Positions 1 through 13,584 of a stretch of DNA of 64,000 nt are shown in pieces. The translations under genes were made by a program, and so were the position numbers. The notes beneath the pieces were generated by a model that saw only the letters and a list, made by a program, of their open reading frames with translations, was not told the DNA's origin and made no database searches. Numbering within the stretch: the first letter of the stretch is position 1; each line of letters begins with the position of its first letter. Source of the stretch: Psammoneis japonica (taxonomy: Eukaryota); contig QPGO01000070.1 in NCBI GenBank assembly GCA_008632985.1, forward strand, positions 186,001 through 250,000, written 5' to 3'.

Positions 1-3000
1 ATGAATCTTGTACCTCATCCCACCCATCCACACAAGATGCCATTTCTCCCAAGCCTCGTCCCATTTGACACCACCCACCGTCGTGCTACCTCGCGCGCTG
101 AGGTATATCCCATAGTTTCGTTGCTTGAAACTGCACAAACCGTTTGGGTGTCTGATAAGGGTCCATCCAGCAATATACTTCACGCCATCAACGTTGGAAA
201 AAACTTCTCCCTTACCCTTTACATCCAGCATCATTTGGGATGATCTCGCTGCTAGCGGGTGGATAAAAAAGTAGCCGCTAATAAGTATTTCCCCGAGTTC
301 AAGTCTACGTTCCTCTCTTCCGCTGGAAAGTCGCGTTTGCCGTCGGCGGCTAAGACCGACCCTCCGGATGAGATGTATCGTTGAGTCAACTTGTTCACGA
401 AAGTGAACACGTTATCATTTTTTCTAGAATCTGACTTTTGTGCGTACCATAGCTCGCTACCGTCGTTTACGTCCCGTCAGTCTCCTTGCACGCCTTCGGA
501 GTCATTTGCTGCGACCTTTCAAACCCTCGCTCTTCCGCAGGTGCGCTGTTTGAGACGACAATACGCTTGTTTTCTATGTTTTTGATGACATAGCTATCAT
601 CTTTTTCATCAATGGTGAACAGCGCTGTCCCGCAAAAGTTGTATTGCGACCCTTGCAAATCCTTCTGTGGCTTCTAGTAGCATTCTGAAAATTGGAAAAG
701 TTGCCAGCAAGATAAAGGTTGGTCTTTACATTCACGAAAAAGACAGGAACTCCCAATAGCTCCTTTGGGATCTCCAAGCGTTTGGAAGGCTCATCGAGAA
801 GACGTTTCCTGACGTAAATATTCGATCCGTCGGGCAGGTATTGAAATTTGTCCCCTGTCTGCACGTAAACAACGCTCGTATTTTTCTTAAACATGTACTG
901 ATAAAACCCTTTCTTGCTCGGATCTTTCTCTAACTTCTTGACGTCGATCTTGGGGGCTATAGCTATTCCCACCCCGAATGTGTCGTCCTGTAACCACTGG
1001 ACTTCGTATGGTTGATAGGAAAGAGAAGAACAATTGATTCTACTCAACGCACCGGTCGTCCTTCTTCCCGAAACTTGCGACCGAAAAGACTCGAGCCATC
1101 GATCTCCTTTGATCGTGGTAATTCTAAACTCGTTGTAACCAGGAACAGCGTCGCTGAAAGGAATGCTCCAGTGACTAGAATCGTCCCATTTGCTAGATTC
1201 GTCGTCTTTAGTTCCATACTCGAGTTCTCCCTTTAAGTAGTCAAAACCATGCGGGGCGAATTCGTCACTGCCAGGCGGAACATGTCTCACCTTTGTCCAG
1301 TTCTTTTCTTTCGGATCCAATAGCAAAGCTGCTCGCATGCAAGGCCAACCAATCCACCTGTATGGAACGATTCGAACATATCTCGCAACTATCTCCCCAA
1401 AGAGGATTCTGAACTTCGAACCATTGTGCGGGCGAGCTCGGCAGTTCGTCGCAAAAACTTTATCATCATGATCACCCACAGTAACATATTTCCAATCAGC
1501 ATCACTTGCACCATTCGCTTTGGTCTGGATGGTGACATGCGTTGCACGATCCGGGCTGTCGTTAGCGGACCCTTGAACAACAATACCCACCAGCTTGACA
1601 TCTCTTTCGGCATCTATCTGGATCCAGCTCCCAACAGCTTGCTTTGGATTGAAAGTCAAATCAAAGTCAACCATTGATCCGTTCTGTACATCGCTTCTGG
1701 GCTCCCCGTACTGCCGAAAGGTTTCATCGGGATTATGTTCGACACTGTCATGAGGCTCAAAATATCGCAAGGCATTGTCAGGGATAAGAAGATCGGCTCG
1801 TAGAGCTAGACGACGGGCCTTGCTCTTGGATCCCGAGGATTCAGTCGGGATGACCAGCCGAACAACAGTTGCTTCACAAGGTTGCTTAAAAAACACATAC
1901 TCGCGTTGTCCCGGCCGAGTGTGTGTGACGATAATCCGTTCTCAATCGTTTTAAAGTCTTTTTCGCCGGCCTCTTCTTTGATTTGTACCTCGATCTTTGT
2001 CACCCCGTGTGAAAGATCTGTAGAAGGGGATTGGATGACACAACCTCGGATTTCGACTCTAGAGTTCAATTCCATTACAAGTCCAGCTTCTTGTGAAACA
2101 TCAAACTCCCATTCCTGTCCGTCAAGGCAAGACTGAGGCGACGGATCTGTGGAATCCGTGGAAGTCCAACGGGTCCAATTATCTTGGTTTTTCAAGTAAT
2201 AACTCCTTTTGCTTTCTGGAGTATTTTGCACCGAAGGTCCTCTCATATAGTCAAGGAAAATCTGCGCGCAGGACTGCATCTCTAGAGACTCTTCTGCAGA
2301 ATAGAGGCTGTCAAAGCCAGTGCTTTTGTAGTCTAAAGATCTTTGTTGGTGTCCCGATGATTCAAGACCATCGGGATGCCCTGCTGTCTGTCCTCTTGCT
2401 TCGACAATACATCGACTCATCGTTCCGTGCTCCCTTCCAAACTCACGCAAACGAGCCCTTGATTCGTCAATGGTTCCATATTGTCCAATAACTCTAAATT
2501 GAGATCCACTGTCACCTCCGCTGTCAACGTCTTTCCTCACGACGACAAAGAAAATACTCCGATGGTGTTCAACAAAGGCCCCATCGTAGGTGATGTATCG
2601 AAAGTCCTCGAAGTGCGATTTGACATCTTCAACGGCAATTATCTTCCACAACGCTCGGTCGTCAACCTTTAAAGTATCGATGGCTTCTGCTTCATTATCT
2701 GTTTGATCATGAGTACCGGTAGGCTGTTCTCGTTTTATCATGTTGTCTCCAAGCAATGCTTCGCCCCATTCAGGCGACTCGACAAGATTGCTTTCGCATA
2801 GGTATTTTCCTGTCTTCTCATTTCTGATAAAATAGTACTGATTAGAGCCGGCGAGAGTCGTGTCCGTGGCGTCCGAAGAATCAGGCTTGTGCTGTAGGAT
2901 CCTCCATGCACAGTCGTCAATTTTACGGGCAGTCGAGTCAGACTGCGAGTCGTCAACTGCTCTAACGACTTTGTCTCCACTGGGTTCTACTCGGCCAGCA

Positions 3001-6000
3001 AGTTTTCGGCCACGCTCGTTGACAATCTGACAATATAGAAATTCTTCACCAATGCGGCCGTAGCTGGTGTAAATTTCAGAGGGTGGTAGGGTTTCTTCGA
3101 ACCTCCAGAAGTTGTTGATATGATAAACTTTCTTGGATGTTGGTGCAGTGCCAAAGTCCTCCTCTCCTTCGAAGTCGCCAGCTATCATCTGCGCGAATAA
3201 TCGCCGGCCTGTGGGCTTGCTGACAATCAAGAACTTCGCTGGATCCAGAGAGAGAAACTGGTCAAACTCCTCAGCGTCAGAGAATGTCGGTTTGCAAGTG
3301 TAGAACGGGTCAGTCCTCGACGCATGGATGAAATACTTGCTGCCGAGATAATTTGACGTTTCGCTCCTATTTTTTCTTCTTCAGTTGCCCGCCAGGAGAA
3401 GGACATCTGCATTTTGGGGAACCTTGAGTCATTTTCTGATGGGTACACATCTTCAGTAGTGGCGTACTTTTTCGTTTCTCGATGCTCGTAGTACGGTATA
3501 GCAAACCTTCCGAGTTTGCTTCCACGCCCCCCTTGTTAAAGTGATACCTAACCGTTCTTGTCCGCTGCGTTTCTTTCTCCTCTGCTTGTACAACCTGAGT
3601 TTCTTCCTCCTCCGCTGGAACAAAATTCACGGATGTGAGTGACTTATTGATGAAAACAATACCTCCACGATCGAGGAATTCTTCTTCCGAAATAATCTCC
3701 TGGTGTTTCTGCGGGGAAGAGTTGTCTTCGTAGACCAAAAAATACGTCATGCCAGGGTAGAGCATATAGGATCGTCGAATTTGCTGTTCATATTGATATA
3801 TGATTGTCACAACGGTTTCCGTCACGCCGTCCGGACAAAGCAGTTTTGTCGAGGTCCCATATTCACTTTGGAGGACCCCAACCTCAGTGTATATTTTTCT
3901 TGGCCTTCTTCGTTGCATGTCACGATGTAAACAGTTCCAAAGAGAAACAGTTCTCTCAATGTCGTCGCTTGCATCGAAATAAGGGAGGTCGTAAGTCTTT
4001 GCAAAGGAAACGAAGTCGTCCGCCAACCATTCCCAATCATCCTCGCTCAATTCCCGAGACGCTTTGAACGCACTTGCGTGAGCGAGACGAATTTGCTCGT
4101 TCTCCTTCGGTCTGGCTCTCACGCCAGCTTCAGTTTTCGAGACAAAGTCAAAATGTATTTGCTGCACCTCTTTTTCGTCTAAATACTCCTTCTGATTCGA
4201 TTCCTTCATGCCTCGTGCGAGAAAGTCCCTGATCCAGAAGTTGCCATATTCAAACTCGTTCTTTTCCTGTTCCTTTAGGAACGCACGCATCGATGCTCGT
4301 ACGACAAGCTTCAAGGATCTAAGCATCGAAAGTCTGTCTGTGGACAATGCCACTCTCGGTTCGTCTGAATCTGAATCGATGGGGCCCAAATTACGTGACA
4401 GTGCAACCGACGCTGGCTGCCCGACATTGTCTGCTGCCTCTCTCTTCACTGATGGTACGATCACCGAGCAGATGCCCTTCACCAACCGCCCTATGGCCCT
4501 TCTCTTCGCTACTTCATCATCCAAGGCTCGAACCATCATCGCTGGTAGAACTGGTGGATCCTCTCTGCTCATCCACTCTTCGGCCTTTCTCATCCACACT
4601 CTTCTCATCAACCTAATCGCCCTTCTAGCTTTGTTCTTCAATTTCTCGATGGCAAGATATTCTGGATCACTCGAGGACTCAGTAAATGCGCTTTGGTTTT
4701 CCATAGCAGCATATTTCACATCTACTGGGACTTTGCTCATGTCGACTAACTCATCATGGATGAAGTCCCAGATTGGTAGAAGCTGATCCATCTGTCCGCG
4801 ATCAATGACAGACCACGTACCGGAGTTGCTGGAAAGCAGTTCTGAAAACACTTGGGGATCTGCTGCATTCGGACCAAAACTCGTAACTGTGCTGGTATAG
4901 AAGGCTTCTGCACCCGCAACAGCATTACCGCTGCATCCGTTTTCGCTCCAACTTGCGTGCTCCCGCTCTTCGATGCATTGGACATGTTTACAGAAGCACT
5001 CACACGCACACCCCATGCTTTTCCACCAGCACTGGCTGACGTTGAGCTTGACTTGCCTTTCTCTTTTGACATGGTTTCGCCTGCAGCTGCATACATCGAG
5101 GTGGTCTCCACGCTTTCCTGGGTTGTCATTGTGATCTTTCGAAAGAACACACCACCAAGCGTCTGCATGCCAAACGGAAAGTGACTCCCGAAGGATCTCA
5201 TGAATGCCAATGCCTCTCTCTCGGTATCGACTTTAAATACTGCCCTTATCGCATCATCTGAGAGACGCATGGCATCGTAAGGGATTCTGAAGGACTTCAT
5301 GGGCATCTTTATGTACTCGCTCAGAAAGGCTGTAGATGTCTTCTTTTGAGTTTCGGTGCTACCCGACTTCTCAAAGGTGCTTGACTTTGTGGAACTCTCG
5401 GTAGATGCTTGGCTGTGGGAAACACTTCCGCTGTAACCGTATCCAGAAGCCGAGACACTGCCACCAAAAGATTTGGTTGAAGTTTCTGCTATCGTCATCC
5501 CGCCAGAGCTGGCACTCTTATGGAACGAATTGGATTCTGTTTCCTTTGTCGTCTTGAATGTATGCGTTTGGAACGGAGCAGTCACGCCCAGCATGCTAAC
5601 ATACGCGGGACGTTTGAGAACTGGCATACTCGCTGAGACAACCGGGTAGTCGTCCAGAAGCAAACCAATACCGTGAAGTGCTGTTCCTCCCGCAACGGAC
5701 GCAACGAGCTCCTCGTTTGATTTGTAAGACTGTATCACGCCTCCACTTGTGCTCAAGTTCATAGCACCGGACACGAGTTCTTGCTGCATCGCGCTCATAC
5801 CTTGAAAACTCTGCCCAGTGTTGGCAAAAGTTTGCGACGCTTGAACCAAGCTCTTCACCTTTTGAACCTCAGATTGCAACCTTGCTTCATCTTGTGCTTT
5901 TAATTGCTCGACATCCAAGCTATCGAGCAATCTGATTGCCTCTTGTTGTGCATTCTGCGACATTAGAGCAGCTTCTTGACGCCCGGCTTCTGCCGCGTAT

Positions 6001-7007
6001 TGCCGTGCAGCCAAAGCTTCTTCGTGTTCCGTCTGAGACGATGCCACCGCAGACCTGATTTGGTTGCTGATGGGAGAGTTGAGCTTCTTTCCGAATCCCT
6101 TTAATGCTGATTTGGACGCCAACTGATTACTCTCCTCGAAAACCTTTATGTCATCCTCGGTAATATCTTTGGCAGAGTACTTGCCCATATTTTCGAACTG
6201 CTCGGCAGTTTCCAGGGGGATGCTCTTGTCAATGAATTCCTTACGAATGGTTGGGATGAAATCAGCATTATCCGCTGGGCCTACGGTCCCAGCATACAAC
6301 TCCTGGATCTTCTTCTTGTCAACGACAGAACAATTCTTGGGTTTCTGCTTTCCACCTGGTCGTGACTCGGTACTACCAGCCAAGCCACCAGCAGTGGAGC
6401 CATCAACCGATCCCGAAGGAACGGCTACAGCCGTCGTGCTACCGCTCGCTGTCTTGTCTATAACAAGGCAATCCTCAATAACTTTCCAGGACAAGCCTTG
6501 AAACTCAGAAACGGTGCTAGCTTCCATGAAGAGCTTGCCGGTCCAGTGGACTGTTTCTGGATCTTCGGGGACTTCAACTCCGAGTTGAAACAGAGATCCA
6601 CGAAGCTCGAGGCTTGCGAGGAGTTCGTTGGCGTATCTGTCACTAGCAACTTGAAAGTAGTCTTGATCACTTCCTCCAAAGTAGCTTCGACGAAGTACGT
6701 CCATCGCTAGCAAGTTCAGAGAAAGCGCATTATCAAAGGCCACAATGGCCAACGCAACTTCTCCATCGCTCTCGAGACCAACTTCCTTAAGAGCCAACTT
6801 GATGGGGGCGCAAAGAACCTCGATCGCCTTGCTCTGCAAGTGGTCAAGGTTCTCCTGAAAGTAAGGACTTTCGATGCTTTCATCCGAGAGGCAGAAACCA
6901 ATGTTGGACTTGACGACGTCGACCTTGGCAGCTCCGCTTTTCGCCTTCCTGATTGCCTCGTCAATGTACAGCTTGAAATCTTGCTCGTTGTTGGCGCTCA
7001 TCGACAT
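1..7007 (-). pseudogene. Giant (>2300 aa) MACPF-like protein with F5/8 type C (discoidin) and beta-trefoil-like segments; split by several frameshifts and running off the left edge
   Basis: Overlapping minus ORFs 4746-7007, 3367-5016, 3227-3448, 1806-3230, 574-1896 and 467-658 read as one protein. MACPF-like motif FMRSFGSHFPFGMQTLGGVF lies between Ser/Thr-rich segments. Discoidin motifs: WIQID..VGIVVQG..ARYVRIVPYRWIGWPCMRAALL. The frameshifts may be real or assembly errors. Confidence 0.6.
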
Positions 7008-7537
7008 GTTCGCTCTGCGTACGTTAGGGCTACTTCCAAACGCTGATACTTTGCAACTCAGTCTCTCGTAACGCCGATGAAACCGTACAGTGCCGATAGG
7101 GTGCGAAGTACTTCGGGAGACGAAACAGCAGATAAAGCATACTATGGATGCTGAAAACCGGTCAGGTACGCACGGTATGGTAGGTAGCGAAGCCCGGTAA
7201 CCTTTTCTTCCTCTTTAAGACGAGCCGGAAAAAGGATCGCGACGCGAGGAGTCGTCAAAAGATACGGTCACAGGGCATAATGTAACAGTACATATTTATA
7301 GTCAGAGTTGAATATCTAGATGTTGTGATAGATGTCGCGTTTGCTGTCTTGATGTTTTTTTTTTGCGACGTCACTGTCTCACAAGCACGCGCATGCACGA
7401 TCCGTATCTTTCTAGAGTGCTGTGTGAATCATCATCATCAACTGTAGGTAGGGTATTAATAGGGCCCTACTCACCGCCATTCTCTTCACAACAACCGCAA
7501 ATCGTCGTAACTAGCCAGGTCGGTTCGATTTCTCTCA

Positions 7538-8637
7538 TGGCAACACAACCCACACTCGAATTCTCGGAAACGAAAGAAGCTGATGAGGCAGCTGATGAAA
7601 CGTTCGCATCGGTGATACACGATGATTCATCACAATTTTCGACGAGGCGACGTGGTGCAGTAGCTCTACCGGTAGCTTCGGGGCAAAGGAGAGTAGCGAT
7701 GGGAGCCCCCTCGCCGCCGAATGCACCTCGTTTAGAAAAACGACGAGAGAAGATGCTGATGCCACCCAAAGACAGCGGGTACAAAAAGTTAACGAGAGAC
7801 CAAGAGAAAAAGTAAGTCTAGTGGATCGCCGCCCGGGACTGCGGCAAGGCATTATACAACTAACACGAAGGACTCTCTCTCGCTCTCTGCAAAACACTAG
7901 CATATCAAGACAAGGAGTAGTAAACGCCAGGAACACGAGGCTTTCAGAAAAAGATGCCCGGGGTAAGTGCTGTGTCGACAATGCTGATCATGCCCTTAGC
8001 AGATGAGCACAAAACAACGACGTCGGACATTCTTTTTCCTGGTGTTGCCTTTGAAATCCAGTTCAACACCATGAGAGGAGCGATTGTGAAGAGCGCGAAG
8101 GTGGACGAGGAGGTTGGGGAGGTCCAAGGCCAGGACGGAAAAGTGATCCTGAAGACCAACTATAAAGATGAAAGTGGAGACCACGGAATGTTCAAAGTTA
8201 AAGAATTCGTGAGTGACTGCAAGAAGGCTTTGAACCTTAATAGCGAGACGCACAAGAGAGTTGTCGATGATGTCGAGAGGGTCCTTCTAAACTCCTATGA
8301 CTCTAATACGGTTTCTCACATTTACGAGGACTCTGACTTTATGGAAGACACTATTCAGGGAAAAAATTCTCTTTCGATCATCACAGCTCACCAGAGCTAC
8401 AAGTTGGAACCATCAGAGGAAAAGGACAAGGCCGAAAAGGCATACCAAAAGGTCTACCGATTAGCGTACATGACTGATGGCTTTCTTGCTGAAAACTATG
8501 ACGGTAATAGTGCTGAGTTCGAAAAGGATTTCGCCTTCTTTAAAAAGATGGCAAAGGAGAATACTGAAAAGTTTAAGGACGAGTTCGACGGAATGGCGAG
8601 AGATCTACATCGCGGAGGTGCCAGAATACAGTTGTAG
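7538..8637 (+). CDS. Hypothetical protein, probably intron-containing
   Basis: ORF from MATQPTLEF to a GTAAGT donor at about 7812; downstream 227-aa ORF with natural charged composition. Exon boundaries uncertain. Confidence 0.55.
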
Positions 8638-8799
8638 CCTTGAACTCCACAGCAAAAGACGACAGATTCGGCGGATTAACTTAGGAAACACCACTTTTTC
8701 AGGACTAGCATTTCTTGATGCATCAAATTTCATGTAAGGAATCAATCAAAAAACAAAAACATCTTTCATGCAACTCTAGAGAGTCATACGAATGAGATG

Positions 8800-10080
8800 A
8801 AAACAATTAGTGTGCAATGTGAAGGACAGATGTGCAATTGGTTGTCTCCGAGTTGATGCCACTCCCCACTCCCATCCTGCATCCATCATCATTTGAACAA
8901 GGTTTTGGACTTTCCTGGAACAGGCAATGCATCTTTCCTGGCAGACAACAAGAGATCTGTCTCACACATGTGATCACAAATTACTTTTTGGTGACTGGTG
9001 GCGTCTCTTTGTCACCATCCAAGAGCAAAGCACAGGCAGTCATTCTTGGACAGGATGACCAGCTCAAAGCAGTTGTCAGTGACACTTTGAATGCAGCATG
9101 TGCCTCAGCTGATGAGAATCTCTGAAAAATTCCCATTGTGTGCTGCTTCCCTGCCACTTCAGCTTCAATCAAAAAGCAGTGCTGCAGGTGCACTGCACAC
9201 CTTCTTGATGGCACATTCCTGTGACACCTGCCATCTTGTCAATTGATTTATGAGGCATGTGTGCTTTTTGCAGAGGACAAACAAGCTCAAGGCAAGAAGA
9301 GGTTGTCTCAACTGAAAAGCTGTGAAAAGCAAACAAAAACAAACAAACAAACAAACAAGTTGAAAAAATGGTGCATTAGCTTTGCTTTCTGAGGCCCATT
9401 GTGCACCTGGTCATTGACGAGCATCACCATTGTGATCAGCTGCTTGTGCATTGCAAGGGCTGCAGAAAGCCAGCGTTGGAGGCAGCAGCCAAGTCAATGC
9501 CTTGTGTGACGCTGCGTTGTGCAAGACACTCTTCTCAACTCAAAATGCACCTGGTTCCTTTTTTTCTTGCAGTGTGTGACACTCTGTGCATGTTGCATCA
9601 CAAAAACCACATGCGTGTGGTTTTGCCTCAATGCAGAGAAAGAAAGAGAGACCAGCACGCTGTTTTTGGGGTGGCAGCAGTGGTTTGCCCTGCCTCTGCT
9701 TGTGTGCAAGAGACAGGAGCAGCTCCATGCCAGCCTGACAGCAAATAGACAGCACCTGCACAGCTTGAGGATGATCGCTGTGCAGAGGCTCATGGCATCC
9801 AAGCCAAGGGTTGGCAAAGCCAAGTGCAGTGCTGCAGACGCCTGGCTGTGTGCTCATGACCCGGCCCTCGGCACATGCACACAATGATGGCTTCACGAGC
9901 TTGAAACCACCAACTGCAGCATCACCTTGCAATTTTGATTGATGCATCTCAACCTCATTTTTGTTGGCAGCAGCGAGTCTTCATCATGGCTGACCGTTGT
10001 TGTGACTCCAAATGATGAGAACCCCACGTCGGCTTCTGTCCTCGTCATCATATCCAGACAAATGCGCTTGGTTGACCCTG
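8800..10080. other. TpA/CpG-depleted hypermutated block A
   Basis: TG/CA-rich with few TA or CG; six-frame ORFs rich in Cys/His/Gln and nearly Tyr-free. Confidence 0.85.
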
Positions 10081-10487
10081 CCGTTATGACCGCGCACGGT
10101 GGCTCGCGCGCGTCATTCTGGCTACCATTGCGACAACTTCCAAGTACATTCCGCACTTCTCCTGTTGTAGCATGGACAGTTATTATTTATATGAGAGATT
10201 TTCTTGTGACAACAATCGACATACAAGATCGTTTGATCATATGGATGGTCATTAGATCGGAATGCCAGAGACATTTGGAAAATCAGGGGCTTATGTACAC
10301 TGTTTTTGGAGTTTGTGGATCAAAAAATACTGTATGACGAGTCATATGTCGCGTTTCCCTTTCAAGGGCATAGATGTTGTGATCGTGTTTGTGTGATTGT
10401 TCCTCACATCACATGTTTCATCACACTCTGTTGCATTTCGTGCCTTGAAAGCAGGTGAGAGAAGGGCTAATTCTAGTTCCTTTTACG

Positions 10488-11699
10488 ATGAGACTTCCTC
10501 GCTCCATTCTGCAGGTAGCGTTTCTACTGACGGCATCATTCCCATGCGGAGCACAAGACGTTCTTCAGGCGTCCATACGGGGAATGCCGCTTCATCAGAA
10601 CGTGGAGCGTGACCTTGAATCCTCCAACGAAGTTTCCTACCGTTATGACATTGACATGGAGGAAGACGTAGATGAAGGAGGACCGTATGACAATGATAAC
10701 GGACCTTCGAAAGAAGTTGTTGTATGCATGCAGAAATCGATTGCCTCAAACATCGACAACATCGCTGCGGAGTATTACGTTGAACATGGTGACACAGGCC
10801 GTAAGTTGAAGGACTCTCTCATGGGTAAAATCAGCGCCTGGCATCTAAGCAGAGTCTTGTTTAGTCAACATGAAAACAAAATCTCAACGACCGTCTTGAG
10901 TGATTTTGAGGCTCGACTGAGAGTCTTTACCAACGACGAGCTTGTTACTAAGGAGAAAATTCCGTTAGAATTTCATCCCGTGGCGGCGATTGCTCAAGCT
11001 CTGGTACGCGATGCATTTGCACCTCCAAAGAGCAGAAGGAGGCGACCAGGAAAAAAGAGAAAACGACGAAAGTTCGTACTCAACATCAAGGCTACCTGCG
11101 ACCTTTGTCTCACCGACGACAAGGACCACGCGCGGCGCATCATTGAGACACCGCAGGGAACCCCACCCACCGATCCTAGTTTTGAAACTTGGATGAATGA
11201 GTTTCTCCGACAAGTGATAGTTGAAGATTGCGAGGAGGCAATGCTTTATAGGACAAGTTTTTCAACAGAAGTGAACGGGGAAGTGATCCAAACCAGCGAT
11301 CCTACGTATGACTTCATTGGTGCCCTCGGCGGGGAGATCCAGGATCCATTGCTTGTGTTAACTCCGTCGCCCACGATGAGCCCGGTCAATCAGACGTCGT
11401 TCAAGAAAAAAGGACCACCACCAGCAACAAACTCAACAGTTAGGTCTGATTCATCGAGCAATGCGGACTGCTTGCAGAAGTATGGAAACCGCCGCGTTAC
11501 AATGTGTGGTGCGCAAGCGTCTCAATGCACCTTCCGTGTACGCTTGGGAGGTAAGAAATGTGCAAAGTACTGTAGAAAACGTGGTGGGAGATGCCTTTCG
11601 GCCGAGAAAGCTGCTGCCGATGGGAGCTGCGCTAGCGGAGAGGGACCGCTCGGTTGTAAGCGCTCAGCGACAACCGCCCTCTGCACGTGCTCACTGTAG
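10488..11699 (+). CDS. Secreted protein with C-terminal Cys-rich domain
   Basis: Signal-peptide-like start MRLPRSILQVAFLLTASFPCGA, Pro/Thr linker (TPSPTMSP), about 10 Cys in the last 80 aa. Confidence 0.75.
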   Translation: MRLPRSILQVAFLLTASFPCGAQDVLQASIRGMPLHQNVERDLESSNEVSYRYDIDMEEDVDEGGPYDNDNGPSKEVVVCMQKSIASNIDNIAAEYYVEHGDTGRKLKDSLMGKISAWHLSRVLFSQHENKISTTVLSDFEARLRVFTNDELVTKEKIPLEFHPVAAIAQALVRDAFAPPKSRRRRPGKKRKRRKFVLNIKATCDLCLTDDKDHARRIIETPQGTPPTDPSFETWMNEFLRQVIVEDCEEAMLYRTSFSTEVNGEVIQTSDPTYDFIGALGGEIQDPLLVLTPSPTMSPVNQTSFKKKGPPPATNSTVRSDSSSNADCLQKYGNRRVTMCGAQASQCTFRVRLGGKKCAKYCRKRGGRCLSAEKAAADGSCASGEGPLGCKRSATTALCTCSL

Positions 11700-12149
11700 C
11701 CCAATGCTTAGGGCGCTATTCGTCTTTCGCTCCGATCGCTACATGTTTATTAATACAGTATGATTATGTATCAGGGTTGTTACGTTGGCCAGATCCAAAG
11801 ATGGAAAGCCGAGAGCTCAATTGATTGATTTAAACCGGAGGACAAGGTGAACAATTGTGGCATCGACCTGTCAACTCAACATAAAATAGTGATGAGTTTC
11901 ATCCCAAAAGGTTGAATAACTGGCGTGCGCCATCATATTTCGTCTTCTCGTAGAGTAGTTAGTGGTAGGTGTTTTCTTTTTAGAAACGAGGCCCCTGCCT
12001 CGAGAAAGTTGTAAGGTGTGACACAACCGTTGCACATCCTCAGTAAATATAGTATGTGAACATCTAAATAGGCATCAAAAGCGAGACTCGCTCAAGTTTA
12101 TCTACAAGGTCTATCCTTCTTCAACGACAATAACCTAGTTCTTCCCACA

Positions 12150-13173
12150 TCACCATTTGAGCTTGCCGGACAGTCCATATTTTTCGCACAGGTTCTTGTA
12201 ATAAGGCCACAAGTTGCCCACAAATTCATCCCGCAGATCGTTCTCCCCGTCCTTGGTGTACAAGTCAAAGCGGTTGAAAAGGCGCACCCACTCGAGCCGG
12301 TCTTCGTCTCCAGGCTTCATGAGGTGTTTGTAGGCTCCCTTGTCATGCCAGGGGTATGCAGAATGATAACGAATCATGTCTAGCCCTTCTCTTGGAATCG
12401 TCGTATTGTTGGCCACCAACATTCGAAACATGTATTCATCGTGGCCCCAGGCAAACATGAGCTCGTCCAAGCCACAATTTGGCTTGTAGATGCCGTATCG
12501 GGTGTTGTATCGCTCATTGTGCATGTCGGGGTTGAGAGTGTTAAACTCGGGAAACACCACAGCGTCACTGGGAATCTCGCAGCCAACCACAAAGGTGTCA
12601 CCACCGAGTGCCCACTGCTTGCCGTTCGGGCTCAAGCCATCCTGGCCATCGTCTCCGGTGCCCCAAAGGAACATTATCTTTCTTGGTTTCCGATAAAAAG
12701 AGAGAACGGAGTCGTTGTTAGTGGAGTTGGGTCGCGGTTGCAGTCCAGTGTAAACAGTTTCTCTGCCCAATCATTCTGACTTACCCCATGTCATGAAGTA
12801 GCCCGGTAAGTTGCATCCAATCCGGATGACCAGCTCGTCGAATGCCTTCAGCGGTCTGAAGCAAATGAAGCTTGTTGGGCAAGTCCAAGTCGGGGTCGGA
12901 GGAGTCGACGTAATGCTCCAACTCGTCAAAGGCTTCTTCAATTGTCATGAGCTTGCGGTAGTTTCCATTAGAGAAATCGTACTTCTTCTCCATTTTCTTG
13001 TAAAAGGCAACCGTTTGGTTGAGTCGCATATCACGGTAGTGGTCAACGACGCGTTGAGGAGATTCCGTCGTATCATACACGCGAAAGTCCTCGTCGTTCT
13101 TGTCGTTGGTCTTGATCGAATCAAACTTGTCCGGAACGACCGGCGTCATGCTGACATCGCTACTGGTGCTCAT
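12150..13173 (-). CDS. MIOX: Myo-inositol oxygenase (2 exons)
   Basis: Motifs VDSSDPDLDLPNKLHLLQTAEGIR, GLLHDMGK, QWALGGDTFVVGC, WGHDEYM, IRYHSAYPWH, FNRFDLYTK. A GT-AG intron at about 12683-12784 restores MGKIM. Confidence 0.95.
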
Positions 13174-13489
13174 TGTGGTGATAATAGAGTCTCGCAGCTC
13201 CTTTGTCCTGGTCTTGTGAGGACCGCGTCAGAAAGTGTAAGTGTGCAAATCCGTGCAACTGCAGCTTTCCTCTCACAGTTTGTGAGCGGTCGGTGGTCGG
13301 CACGCAATCGTGACACGAAGATGTCAGGTGGATGACAGCTTGATAGCAAAACGGGATTCGAATCGTTCGAATGAAATCTCGCGCATGAAAAATAATTGTT
13401 CGGCGCGGCTCAACCAACACAGTTTCACGAATTATGACATGACAGGCACACGTCACGTCACCATTCAGCCATTTTGACTTCGAGTCTAA

Positions 13490-13548
13490 GGAAGCTAAAT
13501 GGTCAACAATTGTCCAGCACAAGCAACTGTTTGCAGAGAGAGATGGAA

Positions 13549-13584
<36 letters not shown>

